DNA of 59,357 nucleotides from the IMG/VR virus record IMGVR_UViG_3300028840_003776, positions 1 through 59,357 of that record. The stretch is one strand, 5' to 3'. The position numbers and the translations under genes are program-made. A model generated the notes under the pieces. It was not told the origin of the DNA. It was given only the letters and a program-made list of their open reading frames with translations, and ran no database searches. Shown one piece after another: positions 20,066 through 33,003 of the stretch. Numbering within the stretch: the stretch's first letter is position 1; every line of letters starts with the position of its first letter. This stretch comes from a virus (Duplodnaviria > Caudoviricetes).

Positions 20066-22272
20066 TATTGAAAATCTCCTCCAACTGCTAACCTCTTGTC
20101 AACCATACTATTAAAGTCGCCATCTCCTTGAACATTAACATTATCAATGTTGACTTGTCTTGACATATTTTGATTATTATTGATATTTGTATTAGCAATG
20201 CTTGAGGCATTACCACCTAATAATCCCGCAGTTTCTAAAGCATTAAATAAATTCCTACTTTGTCCAGCATTAAATACATTCTCATTATTACTTAAGCGAG
20301 CATTTAAACCATCGTTTGAATTTGTAACCCCGGGAGTAATCCCTGTATTCCCGCCAGTTGCAAAAGAAGGTATTGCTGGCAATGGTTTGGCTGCAATGGC
20401 TGCTGCCTGTATTCCGCCTTGTATTCCTGCAGCAATTGAAGCTGCTATTCCGGCAGGAGATGGAGGAGGTCCAAATATTGCAAAACCTTTCATAATAGCT
20501 TTAGCAGTATTTATACCTACATCAATTACACCAGCTATTTTATCAGCTACTGCGGTTGCTCTTTGAAATTTAGCTTTCTTTTTTGCTGCTTGTTTCTCAT
20601 CTTTAACATTACGATCGACTAAACTTGATTGTAAACTAGTTAAGGCAGATGCTGTATTGCCAATAAAATTAGAATAAAAAGAAAACCCTTCAAGTGTCTG
20701 CTTTAAAGCATCTAATCTTTTTTTAAGTAATACTTCTTCAAGTTGTTTTTGAAACTCTGTTCTGGCAAAATCAATAGCCTTTATTTGTTCATCTGTTAAT
20801 TTATACTGTTCTAAGTATTGATTTAATTTTTCAATTCTATTTTGCAGTTTTTCTTCATCAGTCATAAACTGATCTGCTTTTGTTAATGCCTCAATTTCTT
20901 TAATTTGATCAACAGTTAATTGTCTTAATTTGACAGTTTCTTCTTGTAAATTTTTCCTAGAATCGAGTATGGCAGCATTTTTTTCATTTTCAGTATTTAC
21001 TGCTTCTTCAGCTGCACCTTTTGCTATTCCTTGTATATTTTTTGTAGTTTTTTTAACTATATTAAAAGCATCTACAATACCACCAGCTAACGCCGTTTTA
21101 TATATATTACCTAAATCTTTTGCATTATCTTTAAAAGCACCACCAAGTTTTTTTAACCCATCAACCGCTACATTTTTTGCTTCTTTAAATCTTCTCTGGA
21201 AAACTAAATTTAAAACATCACCTAATGTAGAAACACTTTTAATAGTATCTACAATAGTATCGCCTAAATTTTTCCAAAACTTAATAACATCTGGAATTAA
21301 TGTAAAAGGTCTAATGAATTGCTTTAAAGCTGTTACACCTAATTTTAATATTCCAACTATAACTTCAATTGTTATTTTAAATGCCTTCCAACCTTTACTA
21401 GCTCTATCGATTTCTCTAAAATCATCTGCAATTTCTTTTAGTGGTTTTAGAAATTCATTTAATTTAATGACAACTTTTGTAGCAATAGGAATAAAAATAG
21501 TGCCTAATGATACTAATAAATCGTCTATTCTGGCCTGAAAAATTCTAAGTTGGTTAGCTAAATTTTGTTGAGTTCTGGCAAAATCTCCGACTGCTTTACC
21601 ACTTTGTTTCAATGCTAAATCAAGAGTGATATATGCTTTAGCTTGATTTAATGCTTCACCAGTTAAATTTTGCTGACCTCGTAAAAATAATTCTGTTTGA
21701 ATATCTGCTTCTCGTATAGCAATACCATAAGTTTTAAGACTTTCTCTTTCACCTAATAATGCCTTTGTTAATGCTGCACTTACTGCCTCTGCACCACCTT
21801 GGGCATTAGTAAATGATGCTAAATCAACACTTAATTGATTTACTCTTTTTGAAACATCAAGAGCTGCCTTATCCGTAAACCCAAATCCAGTTAATAAATC
21901 ACCTGTAGCTCCAAGTAATTCTTTTGCTTTTACTACACTTAAACCAAAGCTATCAGCGAGTTCTTTTGCAGTTTTATTTGCTTCTTTACTTACACCTGCG
22001 AAAACAGTATTAAATTTAGATATAGTTTCTTGGGCATCAGATGCTTTTTTGATTAATTTAACGAAACCTTGAACTACTACTCCAGTTATTACAGCTGCAA
22101 CTGCAGCATATCCAACTTTTAAACTTTTAAATAAACTGGTTTGTGCCTTTGCAGCTTCTTTACTTTTCTTCTTGGTATTATCTATACCCTTTTCGAGTTT
22201 CTTAACTGACTTTACCGCACCAGTTTCATCTACTTCAATTTCAAGAACTAGTTGTTGTTTTAGATCTGGCAT
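20065..22272 (-). CDS. Tape measure protein
   Basis: Ala/Lys-rich helical protein with ETISKFNTVF, DLASFTN, GERESLKTYGI, GDFART and C-terminal FATGG. Confidence 0.92.
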   Translation of the reverse strand: MPDLKQQLVLEIEVDETGAVKSVKKLEKGIDNTKKKSKEAAKAQTSLFKSLKVGYAAVAAVITGVVVQGFVKLIKKASDAQETISKFNTVFAGVSKEANKTAKELADSFGLSVVKAKELLGATGDLLTGFGFTDKAALDVSKRVNQLSVDLASFTNAQGGAEAVSAALTKALLGERESLKTYGIAIREADIQTELFLRGQQNLTGEALNQAKAYITLDLALKQSGKAVGDFARTQQNLANQLRIFQARIDDLLVSLGTIFIPIATKVVIKLNEFLKPLKEIADDFREIDRASKGWKAFKITIEVIVGILKLGVTALKQFIRPFTLIPDVIKFWKNLGDTIVDTIKSVSTLGDVLNLVFQRRFKEAKNVAVDGLKKLGGAFKDNAKDLGNIYKTALAGGIVDAFNIVKKTTKNIQGIAKGAAEEAVNTENEKNAAILDSRKNLQEETVKLRQLTVDQIKEIEALTKADQFMTDEEKLQNRIEKLNQYLEQYKLTDEQIKAIDFARTEFQKQLEEVLLKKRLDALKQTLEGFSFYSNFIGNTASALTSLQSSLVDRNVKDEKQAAKKKAKFQRATAVADKIAGVIDVGINTAKAIMKGFAIFGPPPSPAGIAASIAAGIQGGIQAAAIAAKPLPAIPSFATGGNTGITPGVTNSNDGLNARLSNNENVFNAGQSRNLFNALETAGLLGGNASSIANTNINNNQNMSRQVNIDNVNVQGDGDFNSMVDKRLAVGGDFQ

Positions 22273-22581
22273 TTGAAATTACTCCAGCAAGATTTTTGCT
22301 GCTTTTTTTAAAGTCAGCAAGCATTTTAGAATTATAATCTTGAGCTTTTTGGTGTTCATATCTTCTTATAATATCCAAACTACATCTTAGATGTTTTAGT
22401 TGTTTGAGTTGCCTTGCAATGCTAGTTCTTGCATTTTTTTTGTAACTCGTGCTGAACCCTCCGCCAACTTTTTTTTGTAAGTATCCCAGTTGAAAGAGTT
22501 GCTCAATACGCTCAGAGATCCCGGGTTCGTACCCGCTAAAGTTATATTCATAATCTTGAATAAATCTAAAGTTTTTTTTTT
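22241..22581 (-). CDS. Frameshifted tail assembly chaperone extension (gpGT-like)
   Basis: The -1 frame opens right after a TAA at the A10 run (22572-22581) and stays open about 110 codons to TGA at 22241. Confidence 0.8.
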
Positions 22582-23076
22582 AAGGCCGTCAAAATTGAAC
22601 AGCCACAAATAGCAAAAAATTGTCAATGTATCAATTGGTCTCATAAGTTTTTGATATTTTCTCCAAGAAATCCATCTTGATATTAATCTTAATTTTTTTA
22701 AATTATAATAAAACTCATATCTAACAGAAATATCTTCAAATAAATATGATAAAGTTTTACTTTTTTTCTTAACATCTTCAGGTTCTTTGACGCTTAAGAT
22801 ATCATTCATAAAATTATTTAATTTTTCTATGATTTTTTTTTGATCAATTTCCTGCTTTTCATTAACGAACCTATTGGCATAATAGTTAATAAATTTATCC
22901 CTCATAGGACAAAGTATATAATAATAATCATACTCACTAACCATTGTTATTTTGATGGAAGATATGCCCGGTATTTTTATTATTGCACAGGGCATATCTT
23001 TCTCATCATTTGCTATCTCTAGATCAGTTAATGCCTGATATGCTTTATCTAAACTATCATACTTTTTTGTTGGCAT
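22396..23076 (-). CDS. Tail assembly chaperone (gpG-like)
   Basis: Between tail tube and tape measure; contains an A10 slippery run. Confidence 0.75.
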   Translation of the reverse strand: MPTKKYDSLDKAYQALTDLEIANDEKDMPCAIIKIPGISSIKITMVSEYDYYYILCPMRDKFINYYANRFVNEKQEIDQKKIIEKLNNFMNDILSVKEPEDVKKKSKTLSYLFEDISVRYEFYYNLKKLRLISRWISWRKYQKLMRPIDTLTIFCYLWLFNFDGLKKKTLDLFKIMNITLAGTNPGSLSVLSNSFNWDTYKKKLAEGSARVTKKMQELALQGNSNN

Positions 23077-23079
23077 AAC

Positions 23080-23601
23080 TTAAGGCTCAATATAAATGCT
23101 AGGCAATGTCGCTGGTACATCAATATCAGGAAGTGCCTGAATATTGTTTGGCTGCACTACATGTCCTTCACCAGGAGCCATTTCAGAAGAATCAATATTT
23201 TTTGCTTTAGGTGCTGTTATCCTGATAATTTTAGCGTCATCATTATAACAGGAGTCAAACCAAAAAGCATATTCCTGAACTGTCCCATCAAAGGTAAGGG
23301 TATTACCATCTGAACTAATTGAACCACCATGGGTTAATTGTAAAATGGGAATAGTAGTTTCTTGGATACTGAAAGCAGCCCGAAAATCAAATCTTTGCTG
23401 ATCTTGCCGTACAGTATATAAAATTCCACTACACTCATTGTAACTTTCAGCAGCAACAAATTCTTTATTAAAAGAAAATGTCATTGCTGGTAGAGTATGG
23501 AATGAAGGATTAGCTGGAATGCCCTCTCCTACACTTGCTACTCTAACTGAAAAAGGGTTAAATAAGTATCGACTTATATTCCTTTCGCTAATTGCTGGCA
23601 T
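23080..23601 (-). CDS. Major tail tube protein
   Basis: Position upstream of the chaperone, size, beta-rich, GGAGG RBS. Confidence 0.65.
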   Translation of the reverse strand: MPAISERNISRYLFNPFSVRVASVGEGIPANPSFHTLPAMTFSFNKEFVAAESYNECSGILYTVRQDQQRFDFRAAFSIQETTIPILQLTHGGSISSDGNTLTFDGTVQEYAFWFDSCYNDDAKIIRITAPKAKNIDSSEMAPGEGHVVQPNNIQALPDIDVPATLPSIYIEP

Positions 23602-23613
23602 AATTTTCCTCCG

Positions 23614-24270
23614 TTAGTACGGCATCGCATATTCAAATATGGTCAACGCCGAATTTTTATTGCAATTAAAAATATTGCTTGTATCTTTAATCCTATCAAA
23701 CTCTCCTATCATTCCAGAGAGTCTATCATAATGAGAATCTAAATGATTCTGCTCATAATATTTTTTACCGTGTCCAACATGGTCGCCATAAAAATGGCTT
23801 TGTTTTTTGCCATTGACCATTTCGGTTTTAAAATCAAATCCAATCAAATATATTTTTTTAAAATTCATAATTCGTTTGGCTATAATAATGCCTTTTAATC
23901 CGGTATTATCATTGTCCTTAATCACTTCTTTTAAACTTAAATCTGAATCAGTGTAACCGTAATACTCGCCTTTGTAATTTAATCCTTTGCTATAATAAGT
24001 ACTTCGAAAACAAATTATATTTTTAACTTGAAGCAATTCACCTTTGGCACTCATCTCTTTTAAAGGATCAATAAAACAGCAATCTCGGTATACTAAATAA
24101 TCAATTATTACATCTTTTGGCTTTGCATCATTAATACAAAAAATAATCATATCTTTTGGCAATTGACTAAAATCAAATCTACTTACAGACATTCCCCCGC
24201 CTATAATTAGACATCGTTTGCCTTTGCCTTTATCTTTTAACATTCTTACGCTAAACATTAGGCACCACAC
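23614..24270 (-). CDS. Glycosyltransferase-like protein (Maf/DUF115/sialyltransferase-type Rossmann fold)
   Basis: CLIIGGGMS, IFCIND, NTG..GI, IYLIGFD, HFY and IFNCN motifs. Confidence 0.65.
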   Translation of the reverse strand: MWCLMFSVRMLKDKGKGKRCLIIGGGMSVSRFDFSQLPKDMIIFCINDAKPKDVIIDYLVYRDCCFIDPLKEMSAKGELLQVKNIICFRSTYYSKGLNYKGEYYGYTDSDLSLKEVIKDNDNTGLKGIIIAKRIMNFKKIYLIGFDFKTEMVNGKKQSHFYGDHVGHGKKYYEQNHLDSHYDRLSGMIGEFDRIKDTSNIFNCNKNSALTIFEYAMPY

Positions 24271-24725
24271 GTTAAAGTCTGATTGACTATTTCATTAAAG
24301 CCCATTTGTATAACTGCAGTATGAGCAGGGTTCTGTACGTAAACAGTATTAGCAACAGTTGTAAGTAATGGAGCTTGAGGCAATGTCACTCCGGGCAAAC
24401 CAAGAGGATTTTTTGAGGCACCAAATCCATTCAAAATAGTTTCAATATTTGTCTCAAATTGTTTACTGGATTCTGCAGTAGTTTGAATAGAATAATAACC
24501 TGTAATATTGAATAACCAAGTTATATTTTTATCTTCTGCATTGACTTGATGCTGAGGAGTATTTTGTAAAGAAATCATCCAAGTATCAACCCGCCCATTT
24601 TTTCTAAATAACGAATAAATAGTCTGCCAATCATCTGTCCATACTACATAGTCAAGGACATTATTAATATCAGTTAATGTTTCTAATTTAGACTTAATAC
24701 CGGATCGAATAGTTGCTAAACTCAT
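24258..24725 (-). CDS. Tail terminator-like protein
   Basis: MSLATIRSGIKSKLET N-terminus; synteny. Confidence 0.55.
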   Translation of the reverse strand: MSLATIRSGIKSKLETLTDINNVLDYVVWTDDWQTIYSLFRKNGRVDTWMISLQNTPQHQVNAEDKNITWLFNITGYYSIQTTAESSKQFETNIETILNGFGASKNPLGLPGVTLPQAPLLTTVANTVYVQNPAHTAVIQMGFNEIVNQTLTCGA

Positions 24726-25234
24726 GTCATAAGTCCTACTGCCAAGCGTCTATTTAAAATACCTGCTTCAAGTCGTAATCTTTTTTGCGATCTCTTAATA
24801 CCTCTACTAAAGAATGGATTAGCTTTTCGTTTTCTTCTTTTCATAGAACGGCCAAGTAAAAATGCTGCTTGCCTAACTGTTATTCTCGGATAACGTCTTT
24901 TTAAATTAGCAAGATATCTTTGTCCTTTTTTGCTTAACCTAATCCATTGGATCAATGGTGTGGTTGGGGGGAATTTCCCTGCCCGCCTTCCAGCTTCAAT
25001 TACAGGGGCATAATTAACAGTAGGAAACACTCTGCCGACATTATTAGCCACAGATGTCCCAATTTGTCGTAATCTTCCTGTATGACCAACTGGAGCAGCA
25101 AAAACAATATTTGTTCTTGCTACCTCAACCATTATATTAAGACTACGAGTTGCTTCTTTATTGAATAAAGCTTGAGCTTGTTTGGAATCAAATAAGGGAA
25201 TGTCTGGAATATTCCACTTAAACTTAACAGTCAT
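24722..25234 (-). CDS. HK97 gp10-like neck/tail completion protein
   Basis: APVGHTGRLR, YAPVIEAG, ANPFF motifs. Confidence 0.75.
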   Translation of the reverse strand: MTVKFKWNIPDIPLFDSKQAQALFNKEATRSLNIMVEVARTNIVFAAPVGHTGRLRQIGTSVANNVGRVFPTVNYAPVIEAGRRAGKFPPTTPLIQWIRLSKKGQRYLANLKRRYPRITVRQAAFLLGRSMKRRKRKANPFFSRGIKRSQKRLRLEAGILNRRLAVGLMT

Positions 25235-25905
25235 TATTGATCAGTCCTATTCCAGTATGACCAATCTACAAAAGGAATATTATCCCAAGTACTGGTTAAA
25301 TCGGGTTTAATTGTTTGATGATATTTTTTCTTCCAACTATTTGATTTTGTTTGAAATTCCGCTACCCTATCTTTGTACTCAACTATGTCTACATTAGGTA
25401 AATTTGCGTTCGCTTTTTGTGCATAATAAGTTGATAACATTTGACACATAACACTTGTAGCCAAATAAGATAATCCAACCAAATCAGCTTCATCAATATT
25501 ACTAGCTCCTGAACTCTGAAAAGAATGCCTGCCAGTAAATTTAATATAAAAAGTTTCTCCGGTTGCCGGGTTCACTGTGCCAAATCTAAGCTGTTTACCT
25601 GTAGGGCGTAAGTCAATATGCCAATATCTTTGCCTAATAATTTCCTTTGGTACTCGATTCACCGGATATTCGATTTCAGCTATAACAGAAAACCCCTCAT
25701 CCCAAGCAGTAGGCAAATTATAAAAAGGCGCATCACCACCAACTCCGGTGTAAGATTCTAAAATATAAAAAGGTCTTATTCTTGAATATTCTTGAACTGC
25801 TTTTTTGCAAGCATTTTCTCTTTCTGTAGTTGTTAAGATTATAGTATCATCGAACTGAAGATTCTCATTAGCTTCATCTAAAAGTTGCGTTAAAGTTAGT
25901 CCCAT
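25234..25905 (-). CDS. Head-tail adaptor protein
   Basis: Directly downstream of capsid gene; size and synteny. Confidence 0.55.
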   Translation of the reverse strand: MGLTLTQLLDEANENLQFDDTIILTTTERENACKKAVQEYSRIRPFYILESYTGVGGDAPFYNLPTAWDEGFSVIAEIEYPVNRVPKEIIRQRYWHIDLRPTGKQLRFGTVNPATGETFYIKFTGRHSFQSSGASNIDEADLVGLSYLATSVMCQMLSTYYAQKANANLPNVDIVEYKDRVAEFQTKSNSWKKKYHQTIKPDLTSTWDNIPFVDWSYWNRTDQ

Positions 25906-25923
25906 AATTTATTCTATTGTTTA

Positions 25924-25947
25924 AGCCGAGGGATTGCTCCCCCGGCT
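25924..25947 (-). terminator. Stem-loop after the capsid gene (terminator/stabiliser)
   Basis: AGCCGGGGGA-GCAA-TCCCTCGGCT with GNRA tetraloop; weak U-tail. Confidence 0.65.
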
Positions 25948-25973
25948 AAACAAATTATAGAAGTTTTATATGA

Positions 25974-28673
<2,700 letters not shown>

Positions 28674-28792
28674 ATATTATCCGCCCTCGCTGGCTACTGA
28701 CTTTCGCTCAATGGCTAATAGCCTTGGCTCACGAAATTTTTTGATTTCTCTACTTACATTCCCAAACGGTAATTGTTTTCGATACTAATAAT

Positions 28793-28821
28793 ATTATACT
28801 CGATATTTCTCTGAATTTCAA
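28793..28821 (-). promoter_or_regulatory. Sigma70-type promoter for the capsid/tail operon
   Basis: TTGAAA-17 nt-TATAAT. Confidence 0.75.
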
Positions 28822-29014
28822 GTTTTTACAATTTTTCTTTCAAACTTCATTTGGTTCCTGAAGACCATATAAATCAATCTCTACTAGTTTCTTATCTGTT
28901 TTTTCAGTCTTTCCCATATGGAGACTGTTTTTTGAAGTTGATTTAATAATATATTCTTTCTCGTGAAATTTAATTACTATAGGCAATGTTTCTTTATTTA
29001 CTGTAATAATGCTT

Positions 29015-30058
29015 TTAGGTTTCATCCAATATCCTTTTTGGAGTTATGTTTTCTTTTGATAATGTACCTAAATCAGAAAAATCTTTTGGATTAACTATAA
29101 CAGTTGTACAGCCACAATTAACAACCTCTCCAACAGGGAGAGCCGGATCAAGAGGATAATCTGCCGGATTTCCATTAACTGAAAATTGCTCATTTAATCC
29201 TATTGGTTTTGCCTTTGTGGTGTTTTCTACGGATATATGAGCACCTCTGGCTCCCGGTTTATGTAAATTAATCCATATTCTTTTAGCTTGAGGATTTACC
29301 GCTGCTATTTCTTTTGTTCTTAATTGTCTTGAAAAACTGGCTGCTCTATTCATTTCAGTCATTGCAATTCTCTGCGCCCGGGCAAAAGACATCATTGATC
29401 CCTTTTCAAGTTGCTTATTAATTTTAGTAAGTTTTTTTTCATATTGTGTTTTACTAATTCTGCCTGCATCAAAATCTTGCTGCAATGTAGCCTTCTGTTT
29501 ATTTAAAAATTTAATTCTTTCAGATGTGTTACCAAAATTATCACGTATTCTTTTAGCTACCACCATTGTTCCTTCGCCATTTACAAGTCCAGTTGTTATT
29601 TCGGCTTTTACTATTTTAGATAAATCAACCGAAAAAACATTAGTAAATACAGTTGTAAGAGGTTCCAAAATTGCCAGTATATCTTCTGTTAAAACTGGAT
29701 TTAAAGGAGCCGTCAATCCAATTGTAGCTATTTCTTTATTCATTGAAGCAACACTAAAATCAATTAATGCATCTTGACTAGCTAAAACTGAATCTGTATA
29801 AGTAGGGGCAAATGAATTAATAATGCCTTGAACTTGGCCTAAAATATTGTTTAAATTAGATAATTGCCAATCTGATAAACTGTATGTTCTTATCCGGGTT
29901 AAGATATCATTTTCAACACTTTTAAGTGTAGGTAATACTTTTGTGCGCCATTCTTTTGCTGAAATTTTTTCCCGGCGGTCAAGATACGCTCGAACCTGCC
30001 GAGCAAGTGCCGGATTAGCTGCCAGTAACCTTGTTATCTTTCTTTTTAGATTTAGCAT
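29015..30058 (-). CDS. Head morphogenesis protein (SPP1 gp7/Mu gpF-like)
   Basis: RAQRIAMTEMNRA, R..H, YPLDP.LP..EVVNCGC motifs. Confidence 0.85.
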   Translation of the reverse strand: MLNLKRKITRLLAANPALARQVRAYLDRREKISAKEWRTKVLPTLKSVENDILTRIRTYSLSDWQLSNLNNILGQVQGIINSFAPTYTDSVLASQDALIDFSVASMNKEIATIGLTAPLNPVLTEDILAILEPLTTVFTNVFSVDLSKIVKAEITTGLVNGEGTMVVAKRIRDNFGNTSERIKFLNKQKATLQQDFDAGRISKTQYEKKLTKINKQLEKGSMMSFARAQRIAMTEMNRAASFSRQLRTKEIAAVNPQAKRIWINLHKPGARGAHISVENTTKAKPIGLNEQFSVNGNPADYPLDPALPVGEVVNCGCTTVIVNPKDFSDLGTLSKENITPKRILDET

Positions 30059-30299
30059 TCTTTTTAGATATTTTAGTTACATCTAAAGGCAATTGAGCTT
30101 CAAAATGTGTTCTTGGATACATTTTATTTTCGAACTCTTTTATTATTCCACAATGATTACACTTATGTATATAATAAAATACGCCTCTCTTTATAGCAGC
30201 CTCTCTCCTTTTTTGGGTAAAAATCAAATGTCCTTTTTTGCACTCATCACAAAAATAATTGATAAGATAAATATCTGCTTGCTGTTTAATCTCAGGCAT
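30015..30299 (-). CDS. Zinc-ribbon protein
   Basis: CDEC..G and HKCNHCG...YP. Confidence 0.55.
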   Translation of the reverse strand: MPEIKQQADIYLINYFCDECKKGHLIFTQKRREAAIKRGVFYYIHKCNHCGIIKEFENKMYPRTHFEAQLPLDVTKISKKNAKSKKKDNKVTGS

Positions 30300-30449
30300 T
30301 TTTTTTTGTCCTCCACTTAAAGCCCTTAATAAGAAAATCTTCTGTTATATATCTCATTTGATGTTTGCCGCATCTTTTACAAGTTTTTGAATTAATGAGT
30401 GGAATATTCCTATATTCCCACTTATGTCCAAATAATAAACATAAAATTT

Positions 30450-31802
30450 TCATTTTCTTTTATTTTTTGTTTTTTGATTATATGCAGTAAGAAATTTATG
30501 AGCTGCAGCCATTGTCTTTTCATTCAGTGTTTCATCTTCAGTAACATCAATCTCAACACCAAGCTGACTTGTGATTAAGTTTAATATTTGTTTCGCTTCC
30601 TCATTTTCAACTAAACCAGCAGCCTGCAATGTCATAACTGACTTAGAAAATCTTTCTAATGCTTCTGCTAAATCTGAAGCCTTATCCGGATCAGGTTCAC
30701 TTACTGATATTGTAAATTTTTGATCGATCTCAGAAGACAACATTCCTTTTTGTACAGCCTGCCATAATACATATTTAAACTGTTCATTAAAAATATTTTT
30801 AACATAATTTTTTCGAGCTTTCACATTCTTAAAAAAAGGAATTGACATTACTTTTGCAGTAGCCAAATTGGTTTGCTCACCTATACCATAATACCATTCA
30901 GGCATTCCAGATCCGGCGATAACTTGGCTCTTAATAAGATTATTTAATTCTTTTATATCAGAGCCATTAAGATTAGGTGCTTCGGCTTTCCAAGTTTCTT
31001 TTTCATTGTGAACTCTGGTCGAACCTGGCCGAGGAGGATTCTGTGCAATTTGCTGCTCTTTTCTTTTTAAGTCGCCAAAATCTCCGCCCTGAATAGTTAT
31101 GTCCCATATAAATGATAATAACAATCCTGACCTTTTAGCATTTGCATAAAGATTTTTATCATAAAGTTTTAACCAATCACGCCAGAAATACATATCACTT
31201 AGACCACGAGTTTGAAAAGCAGTTTTATTGATTGGAAAATAAAATATATCTCCAACATATTGACCGCCTACTGGAGACTCAACCCATTCAATAACCTTTA
31301 ATGGTTTATCTATATGATTGAATTTTATTGCAGTTACTCCCTCATCTGTTCCACGTTCTTTATATAATTTTTGAATATGACCGGGATATAGATTAGTCAT
31401 TTTAACTTTTCCGGCAAACTGTGTAACTTCTGGCCATAAAATCATTTCACCCATAAGGGATAGCGTCTTAATTCTCATTTGATAATTAGTTTCCCAGTTA
31501 TTAATAGGGTGCTTCCAATAATTATCAAGTATTTTTTGAACTTCCTCATCTTCTGCAGAATATTGGAAATCATCTCCAGTTACAAAGTCATTAAAAGTTT
31601 CTGTAAATCGATAAGCTAAAGGATTGTTTAGCCATAACTTCTGCATATCTTCGATCATTGTAACCGAATCAATTGGATTAAGGCTGTCTATATTTGTTTG
31701 ACCTAAAGGATAAAAACCAAACATATCAATTCTTTCTCGATTTAAAATATCTTGAGTTGCAGAAGCGATTATACGATTAAAATCATTAGCTGTTACTGGC
31801 AT
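30450..31802 (-). CDS. Portal protein
   Basis: 450 aa, NPLA, GE, RGLSD, AGSGMPEWYYG..TNLATA; upstream of the gp7-like gene. Confidence 0.85.
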   Translation of the reverse strand: MPVTANDFNRIIASATQDILNRERIDMFGFYPLGQTNIDSLNPIDSVTMIEDMQKLWLNNPLAYRFTETFNDFVTGDDFQYSAEDEEVQKILDNYWKHPINNWETNYQMRIKTLSLMGEMILWPEVTQFAGKVKMTNLYPGHIQKLYKERGTDEGVTAIKFNHIDKPLKVIEWVESPVGGQYVGDIFYFPINKTAFQTRGLSDMYFWRDWLKLYDKNLYANAKRSGLLLSFIWDITIQGGDFGDLKRKEQQIAQNPPRPGSTRVHNEKETWKAEAPNLNGSDIKELNNLIKSQVIAGSGMPEWYYGIGEQTNLATAKVMSIPFFKNVKARKNYVKNIFNEQFKYVLWQAVQKGMLSSEIDQKFTISVSEPDPDKASDLAEALERFSKSVMTLQAAGLVENEEAKQILNLITSQLGVEIDVTEDETLNEKTMAAAHKFLTAYNQKTKNKRK

Positions 31803-31826
31803 TAGAACCTCCCGTTTACTTCTGAC

Positions 31827-32384
31827 TTATTTTTTCATTGACATTCCAATAGCAAAAATCATAATCAAAGAATAGTAAATCAATGTCTTTGTGTCAATAA
31901 TTTTATAAATATTATAATGCGATAAAAAGATTATATTGAAAAGAAGCCAGAAAAGTAATAAATAATTTTTAGTTATATTAAATGAATTTAACATATTCTT
32001 GAGTTTAATTATAATCCTTTTTATGTCATTTTTCAAGAGCTGTAATTTAGTAATCTGTAAGAAGTTTTTACAATTTTTCTTTCTATTTACTGCCTTACAT
32101 TTGCGATAAATAGGTTGCCTATCATCCTTTAAAACACTTCCACACTCTTCGCAGTAAACTAAATCTCCCTGAGTAATTATACTTTCATTGCCTATATGAT
32201 TTTTTTCGGAAGATATTGAATACCCGCATATATCCCGACCATCTTCACTTTCTTTGCCAATTTGAATTATTTCCTGACTAAATGGAATATAAAACTGGCA
32301 TTCTTTACAATAAATTTTTTTATCTCGTTGTGCTCGTGCCACTATTTGCCTCCGATAATATATTAAAAAATTCTTGCTCCGCAT
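31827..32384 (-). CDS. Cys-rich protein with C-terminal TM helices
   Basis: YCKECQFY, YCEECG, two hydrophobic helices; start uncertain. Confidence 0.45.
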   Translation of the reverse strand: MRSKNFLIYYRRQIVARAQRDKKIYCKECQFYIPFSQEIIQIGKESEDGRDICGYSISSEKNHIGNESIITQGDLVYCEECGSVLKDDRQPIYRKCKAVNRKKNCKNFLQITKLQLLKNDIKRIIIKLKNMLNSFNITKNYLLLFWLLFNIIFLSHYNIYKIIDTKTLIYYSLIMIFAIGMSMKK

Positions 32385-32955
32385 TTATCATTTTCTTTTC
32401 ATCTGTTTTATATTTGAAATCTTTTAAGAACTTTATTATTTTTTTGCCTATATCAATTTGATCATTCTTTTTGTCAATGTTTTTATTAAGACTATCAATT
32501 TGAGCATCTAATGTCTGATGAAAAATATTAAAATCTTTTTTAGAACTTATTCTTTTTTTTACAATTTTGAGCATTCGTTGTTTGCTTTTAAGGCCATCAA
32601 TTTCTTTTTTAAAATTTCTCTCTTGCCTTTGTATTGTCTCTGCCATTACCTTAAAAATATTAGCATACAAGTATTGATCATCTTTCCTTAAAGCATCTAT
32701 AGTTTGATAGAATAAACCGATTAAAATATCATTGAATAAATTTTTAGTATTATCTTTTGCCCTACCATGTGTATCGTAATATTCTTTAGATTCAGGATTG
32801 CTGATTATTGCATAGGCTTCGCTAATATCAGCAAATTTTTTCATATCACCACCTTTATCCGGATGATTTTCTTTTGCCAATTTGCGATAAGCAGATTTAA
32901 TTTCCTGCTGAGTAGCATTTTTATTAAGACCTAATATTCTATAAATATCAGTCAA
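32320..32955 (-). CDS. J-domain (DnaJ-type) co-chaperone
   Basis: IYRILG..KNAT..EIKSAYRKLAKENHPDKGGD...ISEAY..YD; HPD motif intact; TTG start with GAGGGG RBS. Confidence 0.92.
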   Translation of the reverse strand: MTDIYRILGLNKNATQQEIKSAYRKLAKENHPDKGGDMKKFADISEAYAIISNPESKEYYDTHGRAKDNTKNLFNDILIGLFYQTIDALRKDDQYLYANIFKVMAETIQRQERNFKKEIDGLKSKQRMLKIVKKRISSKKDFNIFHQTLDAQIDSLNKNIDKKNDQIDIGKKIIKFLKDFKYKTDEKKMINAEQEFFNILSEANSGTSTTR

Positions 32956-33003
32956 TTGAATTATATCCCCTCACTTATTTTATATATCTTCCTTTAAATC
33001 AAA

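Noticed and set aside
20180-21538. Long plus-strand ORFs opposite the tape measure gene, and other plus-strand ORFs genome-wide
   Set aside because: They lie antisense to well-supported genes and have no RBS or recognisable motifs.
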